Source: Dehalococcoidia bacterium (GTDB lineage Bacteria > Chloroflexota > Dehalococcoidia > Dehalococcoidales > W111). From it: a stretch of 56,555 nucleotides of DNA. A model generated the notes under the pieces. It was not told the DNA's origin, did not search any database, and saw nothing but the letters and a program-made list of their open reading frames with translations. The position numbers were made by a program, and so were the translations under genes. Location: contig DUEU01000062.1 of the NCBI GenBank assembly GCA_011191985.1, positions 1 to 56,555 of the forward strand, read 5' to 3'. Shown here piece after piece: positions 33,763 to 42,982 of the stretch (within the stretch, counting starts at the first letter, position 1; each line of letters starts with the position of its first letter).

Positions 33763-35472
33763 TCATAAAAGATAGATAGACCCATTGGTCGCATCCATCC
33801 TGATGCGCTGCCCTGATTTAATGAGTGAGGTGCCCTGCCGTGTATTCACAATGGTAGGCAAACCATACTCCCGACCGATAATTGCGGCATGGCACAGGGT
33901 TCCACCGGTATCGGTGATGACGCCGCCGACTATGCCGAAGACCGGTGTCCAGGCGGGGTTGGCGGCCGGGCAGACCAGGATATCGCCCGGATTCACCTCC
34001 TTTAGGTCCTCGTATACAAACACCACGCGGGCGGTTCCTTCAACCTCTCCGGGACAGCCACAGATACCCCACAGGTCAGCCTTCAGCTCCGGACTCGGCT
34101 GGGGCATTTCGCCAATGACCGCCTTTATAGCAATGACATCCCCCGAAGGAATAATATCCATCATTATGGCATCGTCAATACTGGCCCGGTCGGTCAGGAA
34201 GAATGGGGGAGTGGAGTTCCGGTGCCACTCCGTCCAGGCAGCCCGCCGCCTCCTTGTTACCCAGCGCATATCATGCGCCTCAGGGACCATCATCACCCGG
34301 TCTATCTCCTCCGGGTTCAACATAAAAACATCCTCAGGGATGTCAATCGTCCCTTTCCGGGCGAGTCTCCTGCCCATTGCCAGATAGCCGCGGCGCATAA
34401 GCGCCTGCGACATCAATTCACAGTACAGGTCGTGTTCCTCATTGTACGAGCTTACCTTACCCGCCAACCGCAGCGTCTTCTCGAAAAGGCCCCTATCTTT
34501 CGCTGGCACACGGGCTAGGAAAGCAGCTATTGATGCCTCCCTCTTCCTGACCATCCCGGCCCTTATTGCCTCCAGGTCATAGCTGGCACCCCTCGTTATA
34601 TAGTCCTTCACCAGGGCTATAGGGGTAGCCAGGTCTTCCAGCCAGTATGGTTCAGTGAAATCAGTGAAGCGCCGCATACGCCAGCCACCTACGTCATCAG
34701 TCTCCATATATAATCGGAACTTATTGAACCAGTCTCTACCCTTTTTTGAACGCCGGAGCTTGCTAACGACAACCTCAGGAACATTTTCCCTGAAGACGTC
34801 CTCCAGATTCATCTCTATGGCAAGCTGGGCAAACTCCCACATCTTCCTGTCCGCCTGATATATCTTGTTGTCAAAGCCGCGCATCATGTCCTGGAACTCG
34901 GGCTCCCGGTCGGTCAGGCCAAAACGCTCCTTGGTTATCTTCTCAAATACTAACCAGGCATTAAATGAGGCATACATCCCCAGGAAGTGGATTTCCCACA
35001 TCCTCATATAGGCTTGCATTAAATCGTAGTGGTGGTGGTACAGCTCTAGGTTGGTGGCCTTATCGACATCTAAATCCCGGAGCCGTTGGTAAATGCTCAG
35101 CAGTTCCTGCTTATGACCAGACCAGAGGCCATCGAAGTTATCAAGCCAGGGACGCATCGCCCGGCGAAATTTGACCCGGCGCTGGTCAATCTCTTCCTGT
35201 TCTCTCACTATATGAAGGGCACAGTAGATACTGCCGTCTAGAACACGGATCTCCCATCCTTTGCACATGGGGGTACTCAACTCGGTGCAGGCGACCTTCA
35301 GCCCGTGACTGCAGTATCTCGCCCAATGCCACGCAAACAGAGGCGTTAACGGTGGCACGCTGTGCGCCCGGTCAAGGAACCAGGTATGCATGGACGGCAG
35401 GTCAACCTCGGCGATGTAATCAAAACCAGGCGTTTCGTCCCATATTTTTAGACTATGCTGCTCCCCCACCAT
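33763..35472 (-). CDS. PEP-utilizing-enzyme mobile (swivel phospho-His) domain protein with a large N-terminal domain of unknown function
   Basis: 569 aa. C-terminus GGVITDTGGTLCHAAIIGREYGLPTIVNT matches the PEP-utilizer His motif. I did not recognise an ATP-grasp/PPDK_N domain in the N-terminal roughly 450 aa. Confidence 0.7.
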   Translation of the reverse strand: MVGEQHSLKIWDETPGFDYIAEVDLPSMHTWFLDRAHSVPPLTPLFAWHWARYCSHGLKVACTELSTPMCKGWEIRVLDGSIYCALHIVREQEEIDQRRVKFRRAMRPWLDNFDGLWSGHKQELLSIYQRLRDLDVDKATNLELYHHHYDLMQAYMRMWEIHFLGMYASFNAWLVFEKITKERFGLTDREPEFQDMMRGFDNKIYQADRKMWEFAQLAIEMNLEDVFRENVPEVVVSKLRRSKKGRDWFNKFRLYMETDDVGGWRMRRFTDFTEPYWLEDLATPIALVKDYITRGASYDLEAIRAGMVRKREASIAAFLARVPAKDRGLFEKTLRLAGKVSSYNEEHDLYCELMSQALMRRGYLAMGRRLARKGTIDIPEDVFMLNPEEIDRVMMVPEAHDMRWVTRRRRAAWTEWHRNSTPPFFLTDRASIDDAIMMDIIPSGDVIAIKAVIGEMPQPSPELKADLWGICGCPGEVEGTARVVFVYEDLKEVNPGDILVCPAANPAWTPVFGIVGGVITDTGGTLCHAAIIGREYGLPTIVNTRQGTSLIKSGQRIRMDATNGSIYLL

Positions 35473-35691
35473 TTCTCTCCCGTACCTTGCTTCTAGCTAC
35501 AAAGAATGGCACTTTTTCATTATACTACATCATACAGATAAGACGGCAGGACAATAGCCGGATATTCTGAGGCAGCGAATAGAGATAAAAAAGGACACTA
35601 TAAAGCAGGTAAATTACCCGAATTTTCAATGTCTGACGGCAACACTGACACTGAGTTCACTGATTTCTTCTTCAGGAAACCGGCCTGTCCT

Positions 35692-36477
35692 TCATAGCAT
35701 CACCGTGCCACCGTCAACGTAGATGACCTGTCCCGAGATGAAATCCGATTCTGCTGAAGCCAGAAATACGGCTGTACCCAGCAGGTCGCTGGGCTGCTCG
35801 GATCTCTGAAATGACTGCTCCTCAGTGGCCAGCTCGAACGTTTTTTGACTATCCTTCTGGCCCAGACTGGCTTCAGTAGCCGTGTACCCCGGGGCAATGG
35901 CATTAACGTTAATACCGGAGGGACCCAGCGCCCTGGCCAGGGCATGGGTTAACGTGTAAACCGCTCCCTTGCTGCAGGAATACGGTAAAAACAACTTCGC
36001 CGCGGGGACTCTGGCGACGTTAGAAGCCATATTAATAATCTTTCCCCGGGACTGCTTTATCATCAGCGGGGCAACTGCTTTACAGCACAGCCAGGTACCG
36101 CGTACGTTTACGGCAAATATGCGGTCCCAATCGGCTACCGTCCAGGCATCCCAGTCTGTTATATTGAGCCCGTACCATATTGCGGCATTGTTAACGAGGA
36201 TATCCACCTTACCGTAATGCCGCACAACCTGCTCGGCCACCTTTCCGGTGGCACCTTCATCCGAGATGTCGGTTTCCATGGCCACCGCCTGCCCGCCCTT
36301 GGCCATTATCTCCTCTGCCGTGCTCTCCGCCCTTTCCCGACTGATGTCTGGCAGTAGTAACCTGGCACCCTCTTCAGCGAACCTCAGAGCGAATGCCCGC
36401 CCGATGCCCCGGCCGGCTCCCGTTATAATAGCTACTTTATCCTTTAACACTGACGACACTTCCCTCTCCTTTACCAT
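35692..36477 (-). CDS. Short-chain dehydrogenase/reductase (FabG-like)
   Basis: 261 aa. Motifs: KVAIITGAGRGIGRAFA, NNAA, YSCSK (YxxxK). Confidence 0.85.
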   Translation of the reverse strand: MVKEREVSSVLKDKVAIITGAGRGIGRAFALRFAEEGARLLLPDISRERAESTAEEIMAKGGQAVAMETDISDEGATGKVAEQVVRHYGKVDILVNNAAIWYGLNITDWDAWTVADWDRIFAVNVRGTWLCCKAVAPLMIKQSRGKIINMASNVARVPAAKLFLPYSCSKGAVYTLTHALARALGPSGINVNAIAPGYTATEASLGQKDSQKTFELATEEQSFQRSEQPSDLLGTAVFLASAESDFISGQVIYVDGGTVML

Positions 36478-36853
36478 TCTTGAAAACCAAGTCTGCTTAT
36501 GGGGTTAATTATTAAACTGCCCGATGATTATGTAAAAAGGCGTTATTTCTAATGGCAATATGTTAAGACAGCCCGCCAAGCGCTGACTAAGCCGCAATTT
36601 AACACGACAAAAGGCAGATTGCAATATAATATTTTCTATAATGTCCTTGATATTTTCTGTGATTTGGGATTGCCCAATGATATGTAAAGTATCTGCCTAC
36701 TTGACAGGGACCGTCCAGTAATATAGATTTCCTTAAGCCCGATAAGGAATTATCCTCTTTTAAAATCCGTTTAAGACAGAGACAGACCGGCTTCGCCGTG
36801 CTTACCAGCAGCGTCACCGGCAAAGCCAAAGAACTAAAGGGAAGGGAAAAGCC

Positions 36854-37402
36854 ATGTTCAAACTTAAGAAGTCAAAAAACGAGATTATCAATAAAGCCGA
36901 GGAACTGGGGATAGAATACGAGGCAAAATACAAGGGCTGCGGTCAGTGCACTTTTCTGGCTATAATCGATGCCCTGAGATGGGGTGGTCTGGAACTTATC
37001 CCGCCGGATATGGAGGACAGGCTCTTTTCCGGGATATGCATCCTCACCGCCGGGGTTAGCATGACCGGGGAAGGCACCTGCGGCGCTGTAGCCAGCAGCG
37101 CCATTATCATTGGCCTGGCCCTGGGGATTCAACGAGAAGGCCAGGATGACAGCGTTTTACGGGCTGGCTGTACTATCATCCGTAATACCATTCTGGATAG
37201 ATATTTCCGGGAATACGGATCCATACTTTGCAAGGATGTGCAGCGGAAATATTTCGGTAAAGCTTGGGACCTGACTAGCGACGAGATGAGCAAAGAGTTT
37301 CTGGGTATAACGCGTGGCTGCACCATTATGCAAACGGCTAGGTGGACTACCGAAATTATCCTGGACGAACTTGAAAAAGGCAACGTCAGACTGCCGGCAT
37401 AG
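36854..37402 (+). CDS. C_GCAxxG_C_C family putative redox-active protein
   Basis: 182 aa. Motifs: KGCGQCTFLAIIDAL, GEGTCGAVASSAIIIGLALG, ILCKDV, GCTIMQ. Located directly upstream of the AOR gene. Confidence 0.65.
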   Translation: MFKLKKSKNEIINKAEELGIEYEAKYKGCGQCTFLAIIDALRWGGLELIPPDMEDRLFSGICILTAGVSMTGEGTCGAVASSAIIIGLALGIQREGQDDSVLRAGCTIIRNTILDRYFREYGSILCKDVQRKYFGKAWDLTSDEMSKEFLGITRGCTIMQTARWTTEIILDELEKGNVRLPA

Positions 37403-37465
37403 GGTTACGAAATATCCCGGTCAATCCTGCCGGGAGTATCGATAGACGAAGTACGGAGGGCAACT

Positions 37466-39322
37466 ATGGCAAGGGGTTATATGGGTAAGATGCTGATGGT
37501 GGACCTTTCCCGAAGCGAGCTAAAGGACGAGGTGCTCGATGAGGAACTGGCCCGCGAGTATATCGGGGGCTATGGTATCGGGGCCAGAATACTTTTCAGC
37601 CGCCAGAAGGCCGGTGTTGACCCGTTAGGGCCAGAAAATACCTTTGGTATTCTTACCGGCCCGTTTACCGGCACCGATGCCCTTTCGGGGACAAGGTTCA
37701 CTATCGTTGGAAAATCACCGCTCACCGGCGGCTGGGGTGATGCCAATGCCGGTGGTTATTTCGGCGCTTACCTGAAGTTTGCCGGCTACGATGCCGTCTT
37801 TTTCACCGGCACATCACAAAAGCCGGTTTACCTCTTTATTGATAACGGCAAAGCCGAGATAAAAGATGCCGCCCATATCTGGGGGAAGGACACCCGACAG
37901 ACTGAGGACATGCTCAAATCGGAACTGGGCAAGGATGTGGAAGTCGCCGCCATCGGCCCGTCGGGGGAAAACCTCTCCCTAATCTCCGCGGTTATTAACC
38001 GGAGCAGAACGGCCGCCCGTTCTGGCCTGGGTGCCGTCATGGGCGCCAAGAAACTCAAGGCGGTGGCGGTGAAGGGCAATATGAAAGTCCCGGTTGCCGA
38101 CGAACGCAGAGTGAAGGAACTGAGAAAAGAGCACCAGGGCAAGCTGGGGGGGCATATCGTCTGGTTAAAGCCGCTGGGCACGCCTTTCCTCGTTGTTCCG
38201 GGTATAGAGACTGGCGATTCGCCGGTCAAAAACTGGGGGGGGATAGGAGTTGTTGACTTCCCCGATGCTACACCCATCGGCGCCGAGGCCCTAATCGAGC
38301 GCCAGCTGAAGAAATTTGCCTGTTACCGGTGCCCCATCGCCTGTGGGGGGCAGACGAAGGCAGGGGTCGGCGAGTATCAATATGAGGCCGGGACACGCCG
38401 ACCGGAGTATGAAACGATAGCTATGTTCGGCACCAACTGCCTCAACAGCAACATTGATTCGATAATCAAGGCGGGCGACATCTGTGACCGCTATGGGATT
38501 GACACCATCTCGGCCGGGGCTACCATTGCCATGGTCATTGAATGTTTTGAGACAGGACTTATTAGCAAGGCAGATACCGACGGTATCGAGATGACCTGGG
38601 GGAACCACCAGGCCATCGTGGCCATGACCGAAAAACTGGCCAAGCGGGAAGGCTTCGGCGCTGTCTTGGCCGATGGCGCTAGGGTAGCCGCCGAGAAGCT
38701 CGGCAAAGGTGCCGAAAAATACGCCATACATATTCACGGGCAGGAGCTGCCGGCCCATGACCCGAAAGGGTCGTTCCACTACGCCACCAGCTACCGGATG
38801 GACCCGACTCCCGGGCGTCATTTTGTGGGTTCAGAACTGTCGGAGGCACCATCACATCCTTCAGGACTGCTGCCCAGATTCGACCACCGTTCCTTTGCCG
38901 GCCGGGGTGAAGCGCGCAAGCTAGGTAGCAGCTTCCACCATGCCCTGGTCTGTGCCGGGACATGCCTGTTCGTGTACTGGGCCTTTCCCAGTGTTGACGC
39001 TATCGCCGAGTTCATGGGCGCGGTCACCGGCTGGGACATAACCAATAAAGAGCTGCTCAAGACCGGGGAGAGGATTGCCAACCTCCGGCAGGCTTTTAAT
39101 GTTCGCGAGGGACTAAACCCGCTGGAGTTCAAAGTCTCTCCCAGGGTAATCGGCCAGCCGCCGCACAAAGAGGGACCTCTGGCCGGGATTACAATTGACG
39201 AGGACACCCTGGATAAAGAGTATCTGGCGGCCATGAACTGGGACCTCAAGACGACAAAGCCAAATAAGAATAAGCTTCAGGAACTGGGACTGGAAGACGT
39301 GGCACGGGCACTCTGGCCCTAG
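37466..39322 (+). CDS. aor: Tungsten-type aldehyde:ferredoxin oxidoreductase family protein
   Basis: 618 aa. N-terminus GKMLMVDLSRSELKDEVLDEELAREYIGGYGIGARILF. 4Fe-4S ligand region CYRCPIACG. The length and overall pattern fit AOR. Confidence 0.85.
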   Translation: MARGYMGKMLMVDLSRSELKDEVLDEELAREYIGGYGIGARILFSRQKAGVDPLGPENTFGILTGPFTGTDALSGTRFTIVGKSPLTGGWGDANAGGYFGAYLKFAGYDAVFFTGTSQKPVYLFIDNGKAEIKDAAHIWGKDTRQTEDMLKSELGKDVEVAAIGPSGENLSLISAVINRSRTAARSGLGAVMGAKKLKAVAVKGNMKVPVADERRVKELRKEHQGKLGGHIVWLKPLGTPFLVVPGIETGDSPVKNWGGIGVVDFPDATPIGAEALIERQLKKFACYRCPIACGGQTKAGVGEYQYEAGTRRPEYETIAMFGTNCLNSNIDSIIKAGDICDRYGIDTISAGATIAMVIECFETGLISKADTDGIEMTWGNHQAIVAMTEKLAKREGFGAVLADGARVAAEKLGKGAEKYAIHIHGQELPAHDPKGSFHYATSYRMDPTPGRHFVGSELSEAPSHPSGLLPRFDHRSFAGRGEARKLGSSFHHALVCAGTCLFVYWAFPSVDAIAEFMGAVTGWDITNKELLKTGERIANLRQAFNVREGLNPLEFKVSPRVIGQPPHKEGPLAGITIDEDTLDKEYLAAMNWDLKTTKPNKNKLQELGLEDVARALWP

Positions 39323-39396
39323 ACGCCTTCCAGACATCCAGCAGGCGAATCAGTGTTGCGGTCACCACCTCAACTGACACTGGTAGACTTTGCTTA

Positions 39397-39831
39397 TTAC
39401 TGCGGGCTTTTGTCCTTGGAACTGGCTGCCCTGACAACGGTAACCTTCAGTCCATCCTGTTCCACTACCATGACGTTTTCACCAGCACCTATGTGATCAC
39501 CGGCCGATTTCGCCTCCCAGAGTTCACCCTTTATCTTGATCACACCGTCGGGTGTCAGCGGATTAACCACTTTGCCGATATCGTTAACTACGCTACCCAA
39601 CCCGGAGACCGGCCGTCTCCTCAAGGCCCGGCTGCCAATACGGTAAAAGATTATCGAGTTTACCGCCCAGACGACCATTATGGCAATAAGCACACTCAAG
39701 GGCAGGTGAATGTCCAGCCGGGGTAAACCCCATATTACCACACCGGCGATGATCGCTTCCTCACATATTGTGGTAACCACCGCGGCTATTAATCTGCCCG
39801 TCATCCGATGAACTGTGCCCGATTGATGCAA
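39397..39831 (-). CDS. NfeD-family membrane protein (short form with a C-terminal OB-fold)
   Basis: 144 aa with two to three TM helices, then VVNPLTPDGVIKIKGELWEAKSAGDHIGAGENVMVVEQDGLKVTV. Confidence 0.7.
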   Translation of the reverse strand: MHQSGTVHRMTGRLIAAVVTTICEEAIIAGVVIWGLPRLDIHLPLSVLIAIMVVWAVNSIIFYRIGSRALRRRPVSGLGSVVNDIGKVVNPLTPDGVIKIKGELWEAKSAGDHIGAGENVMVVEQDGLKVTVVRAASSKDKSPQ

Positions 39832-39910
39832 TTGAAAACCTTCCCGTTAATTATAGCACTAACCGGTCGGTTACCCCGAACTCACCGCCAATATGCAGTC
39901 AAGCCGCAAC

Positions 39911-39935
39911 TGGCATAATTGGCATAATATTATGC
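39911..39935. promoter_or_regulatory. Tandem direct repeat overlapping a perfect 14-bp palindrome upstream of the DUF350-like gene
   Basis: TGGCATAAT occurs twice (39911-19 and 39920-28). The palindrome GCATAATATTATGC lies at 39922-39935, about 80 nt upstream of the ATG at 40014. Confidence 0.45.
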
Positions 39936-40013
39936 TAATTATAATATGCTTGAAACCATGATCTACCGCCATTATAATTCTTATGTCATCAGGCCAACAA
40001 GGAGGCATCCAAA

Positions 40014-40499
40014 ATGAATGAGCTGGGTCTGGCTGTCCCATACTGGGTTATAGTTCTAATATGGCTGGCCAAGGTCGTATTGCTGGCCCTAATCTCGACC
40101 TTTCTGGCCTGGCTGGGCATCAGAATACTGGACGCCCTTTCCCCGCATATCCACAAGCGCCAGCGCATAGGAGAGAGCCCGATAGCTACCGGACTGTTCA
40201 TTGCCGGCTTTTTTATTCTGGTCGGCCTTGTCATCCACGGCTCCGTTACTGCGCTCACGGCGGTGGTGACACCGATACTGGGCTATATCTTTGATTTCAG
40301 AACCTGGGGGGTACTGGCCATAAGCTTCCTGATAAGTCTGCTTATATCCATTGCCCTTTTTCGCATCGTCGATAAGCTCACTCCTAAGATACCGTTTCTC
40401 AATATTAACCAGAGCCCGGAAGCCGTCGGGGTCTACGTCTTCGGCTACCTCGTCTTTCTGGGTCTGATACTTAACGCTGCCTTGACCGCACCGCTATGA
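40014..40499 (+). CDS. Four-TM membrane protein, DUF350-like
   Basis: 161 aa with two similar hydrophobic halves. AAGGAGG SD upstream. The family was assigned from memory only. Confidence 0.55.
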   Translation: MNELGLAVPYWVIVLIWLAKVVLLALISTFLAWLGIRILDALSPHIHKRQRIGESPIATGLFIAGFFILVGLVIHGSVTALTAVVTPILGYIFDFRTWGVLAISFLISLLISIALFRIVDKLTPKIPFLNINQSPEAVGVYVFGYLVFLGLILNAALTAPL

Positions 40500-41326
40500 A
40501 AGTATTTAAAGTTTTGCTATGTCTGATACTGGTCCTGTTGTCGGTAGCAGCAGCTACTGGCTACGTACTGGCGACGCCTTCGTCCGGTCTACAGGAAAGT
40601 GATGGTGATTTATTTGACGACTGGGACCTCTGCCGCACCAGGGCCTACGGTAACGATGGCTTCTATCAAATATCGGAGACTGGCTTCCGCCCGGCCATAG
40701 CCTTTGAAAGCCTGGGAGAAAACGCCGACCTTGCCTACGAGATGGGCCGGCAGTTTGCCAGCAAATACCCTGACCAGCGACAGAGAGCTGAGGCAATATT
40801 TAATTTCGTCCGTGATAGAGTCACCTACACTCCCGATATTGACCAGTTCAGCTACGAAGAATTTGCCCAGAATGCCGATGAACTGGCGCTGGCTATCAAC
40901 GAAAAGGGCGTTGGCTATGGCGATTGTGAGGATAGCGCCGTTTTGCTGGCCATTATGTATAAAGGTGCCGGTTACCGCTCAGCGATAGCCGTTGGCGAAG
41001 AACACACGGCCAGCCTGGTCTATCTGCCCGACTACAGGAAGGCAAATGCCGTTTTTGAAATAGACGGTGAGTCAGGCTGGGTCTGGGCAGAGGCGACCGG
41101 CAAGAACAATCCTCTGGGCTGGGCCCCCAAAGATTTTATAAATGTCCCGCTGGCAGCCTACGAAATCTCCGCGGAGGCAATAACTCCACTAAAACCGGCC
41201 CCGGCCCCCTCGGTCGCGATTACTGAATCAGGCGACGGCGGTTCTTCATCAACACCTTTCCTGGCTTTCGGTATCATCGCGTTCCTATGGCTTATCCCCC
41301 TGTTCCGGAGAAGAAAAAGCCGCTGA
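40496..41326 (+). CDS. Secreted or membrane-anchored transglutaminase-like cysteine protease domain protein
   Basis: 276 aa with an N-terminal signal/TM and a C-terminal TM (FLAFGIIAFLWLIPLF-RRRK). Core GYGDCEDSAVLLAIMYKGAGYRSAI. Its start overlaps the upstream stop (ATGA). Confidence 0.65.
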   Translation: MKVFKVLLCLILVLLSVAAATGYVLATPSSGLQESDGDLFDDWDLCRTRAYGNDGFYQISETGFRPAIAFESLGENADLAYEMGRQFASKYPDQRQRAEAIFNFVRDRVTYTPDIDQFSYEEFAQNADELALAINEKGVGYGDCEDSAVLLAIMYKGAGYRSAIAVGEEHTASLVYLPDYRKANAVFEIDGESGWVWAEATGKNNPLGWAPKDFINVPLAAYEISAEAITPLKPAPAPSVAITESGDGGSSSTPFLAFGIIAFLWLIPLFRRRKSR

Positions 41327-41346
41327 ACTGTACTTATGAAGGCAGC

Positions 41347-41985
41347 CTAGCTTACCGTAAACCTTTCGTAAGACATAATCTCGGCGAGTTCTTTTCTCTT
41401 TCTTGCTGTTGGCTGCTCGTCAGGATAGCCGAGAGGCGTCATTTCAACAACGGCAAACCCTCTTGGTACCGCCAGAAGCTCAGCTACTTTTTTGGCATCA
41501 AAGGCACCAACGTGCACTGTACCCAGCCCCAGTGAATGGGCGGCCAGTACCAGGTTCTGCATCGCCAGGGCCACGTCAAACATAAACCAGTCCCCCTTAT
41601 CGGTAACCGCCTCCCCCGGGTCCTTGGTATAGTATCCGGTTTTGCCCAGCTCAGCACAGGCAACAATGGCCACCGGCGCGTCTCGGATAGCCTCAGCCGC
41701 CTTATTGGGTCGCTGGGCTACCCCCTTCATTGGTGCTACGGGCTCGCCGTTCGGGCCGACCTGCAGCGATTGCCCCGCTTTCCCCGTCACCCCGATTAAT
41801 GTATCGGCCAGCTTATTCTTTATGTCAACATCCCGCACCACGATGAATCGCCAGCACTGAGTGTTAGCCCAGGACGGAGCCCAGCGCGCCGCCTCTAGGA
41901 CACGCTCGACCGTTTCATTATCAACCGGGTCAGGGCGATACTTCCTTATACTTCTTCTGGTCTCAATTGCCTTCAGCACATCCAT
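41347..41985 (-). CDS. Nitroreductase-family FMN oxidoreductase
   Basis: 212 aa. N-terminus MDVLKAIETRRSIRKYRPDPV, later APSWANTQCWRF. Confidence 0.8.
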   Translation of the reverse strand: MDVLKAIETRRSIRKYRPDPVDNETVERVLEAARWAPSWANTQCWRFIVVRDVDIKNKLADTLIGVTGKAGQSLQVGPNGEPVAPMKGVAQRPNKAAEAIRDAPVAIVACAELGKTGYYTKDPGEAVTDKGDWFMFDVALAMQNLVLAAHSLGLGTVHVGAFDAKKVAELLAVPRGFAVVEMTPLGYPDEQPTARKRKELAEIMSYERFTVS

Positions 41986-42007
41986 AAATTAGCCTCCTTT
42001 TTTTCTT

Positions 42008-42643
42008 TCATTCTTCCCAGGCATCCCGGCCGATAAGAGAGACAAAGCGGCAGCCGCCCAAATTCTTAACTACGTTCCGCTTTTGGCCTCTGGTTATTTT
42101 ATACAGTTCCTGCAAATAACGCGAACCCACCGGAATCACCATACGGCCATCTATTTTCAATTGTAACAGCAATTCGGACGGTACCCGGGGCGCTCCGGCA
42201 GTGACCACGATAGCATCATAAGGCGCCCCCTCGGTCCAGCCCAGTGTCTCTTCAGCTATTTTCACCTCTATATTATTATAGCCCAGGTTACGCAGTGTTT
42301 TTTGGGCCGACTCTGCCAGCACTGGCAGGCGCTCAGTAGTAACTACGTGCCGGGCCAGTTCGCCAAGAATGGCTGCCTGGTAGCCGCTGCCGGTGCCTAC
42401 CTCGAGCACTTTCTCGTCACCGGTTAGTTCCAGTGCCTCGGTCATAAGGGCGACGATAAGCGGCTGTGAAATCGTCTGGTCCAAACCGATGGGTAGCGGA
42501 CGGTCGTCATAGGCCATTGATTGTTGCTCTAGCGGCACGAAGCGCTCCCGGGGAACACGAGACATTGCTGCCAGCACCCGTTTATCTTCAATCTCAGCAT
42601 CAAGGTGCTGGAACAACCAGGCCCTCGCCGCTTCGAAGTCCAT
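42008..42643 (-). CDS. pcm: Protein-L-isoaspartate O-methyltransferase
   Basis: 211 aa. Motifs: QTISQPLIVALMTE, SAM motif VLEVGTGSGYQAAILGEL. Confidence 0.85.
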   Translation of the reverse strand: MDFEAARAWLFQHLDAEIEDKRVLAAMSRVPRERFVPLEQQSMAYDDRPLPIGLDQTISQPLIVALMTEALELTGDEKVLEVGTGSGYQAAILGELARHVVTTERLPVLAESAQKTLRNLGYNNIEVKIAEETLGWTEGAPYDAIVVTAGAPRVPSELLLQLKIDGRMVIPVGSRYLQELYKITRGQKRNVVKNLGGCRFVSLIGRDAWEE

Positions 42644-42669
42644 AGCCAGCGTTTACCGTAAAGATAAGG

Positions 42670-42939
42670 TCACGGCAGAACCAGCACCAAGATAACGAGA
42701 ATGGCCAGCATTATCCCCGCCAGGATGCCAATTCTGCGCAGCTCCATCATTATATCGGGGTACTGTATACCAGACGAGGCCTCCGGCGAAGCCCTCTTAA
42801 CCATTAAGGCCGGAGCCGACACATCCGGTCGATACTCTCTGGGTGTTACCGGCGGCGGAGCAGCGCTGGTCACGATATGGCGTCTTTTCTTTCCCCGCGC
42901 CGATTGCTTGCCGTGGCCCCGCCGTGATTTACCTGGCAT
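42670..42939 (-). CDS. Small hypothetical tail-anchored protein (basic N-terminus, single C-terminal TM)
   Basis: 89 aa. N-terminus MPGKSRRGHGKQSARGKKRRH..., C-terminus ...RIGILAGIMLAILVILVLVLP. Coding status rests only on ORF length and position. Confidence 0.4.
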   Translation of the reverse strand: MPGKSRRGHGKQSARGKKRRHIVTSAAPPPVTPREYRPDVSAPALMVKRASPEASSGIQYPDIMMELRRIGILAGIMLAILVILVLVLP

Positions 42940-42982
42940 TTAACCTCCTGTGGTTACCGGTTACGGATTTACATTATTAGTT

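Noticed and set aside
36478-36853. A possible Moco/tungsten-cofactor riboswitch upstream of the C_GCAxxG_C_C/AOR genes.
   Set aside because: I could not find the conserved core elements I remember for the Moco motif (e.g. a CCUCCGAGCC-like segment). Only generic hairpins are present. I kept it as a low-interest 'check with Infernal' item, not as a feature.
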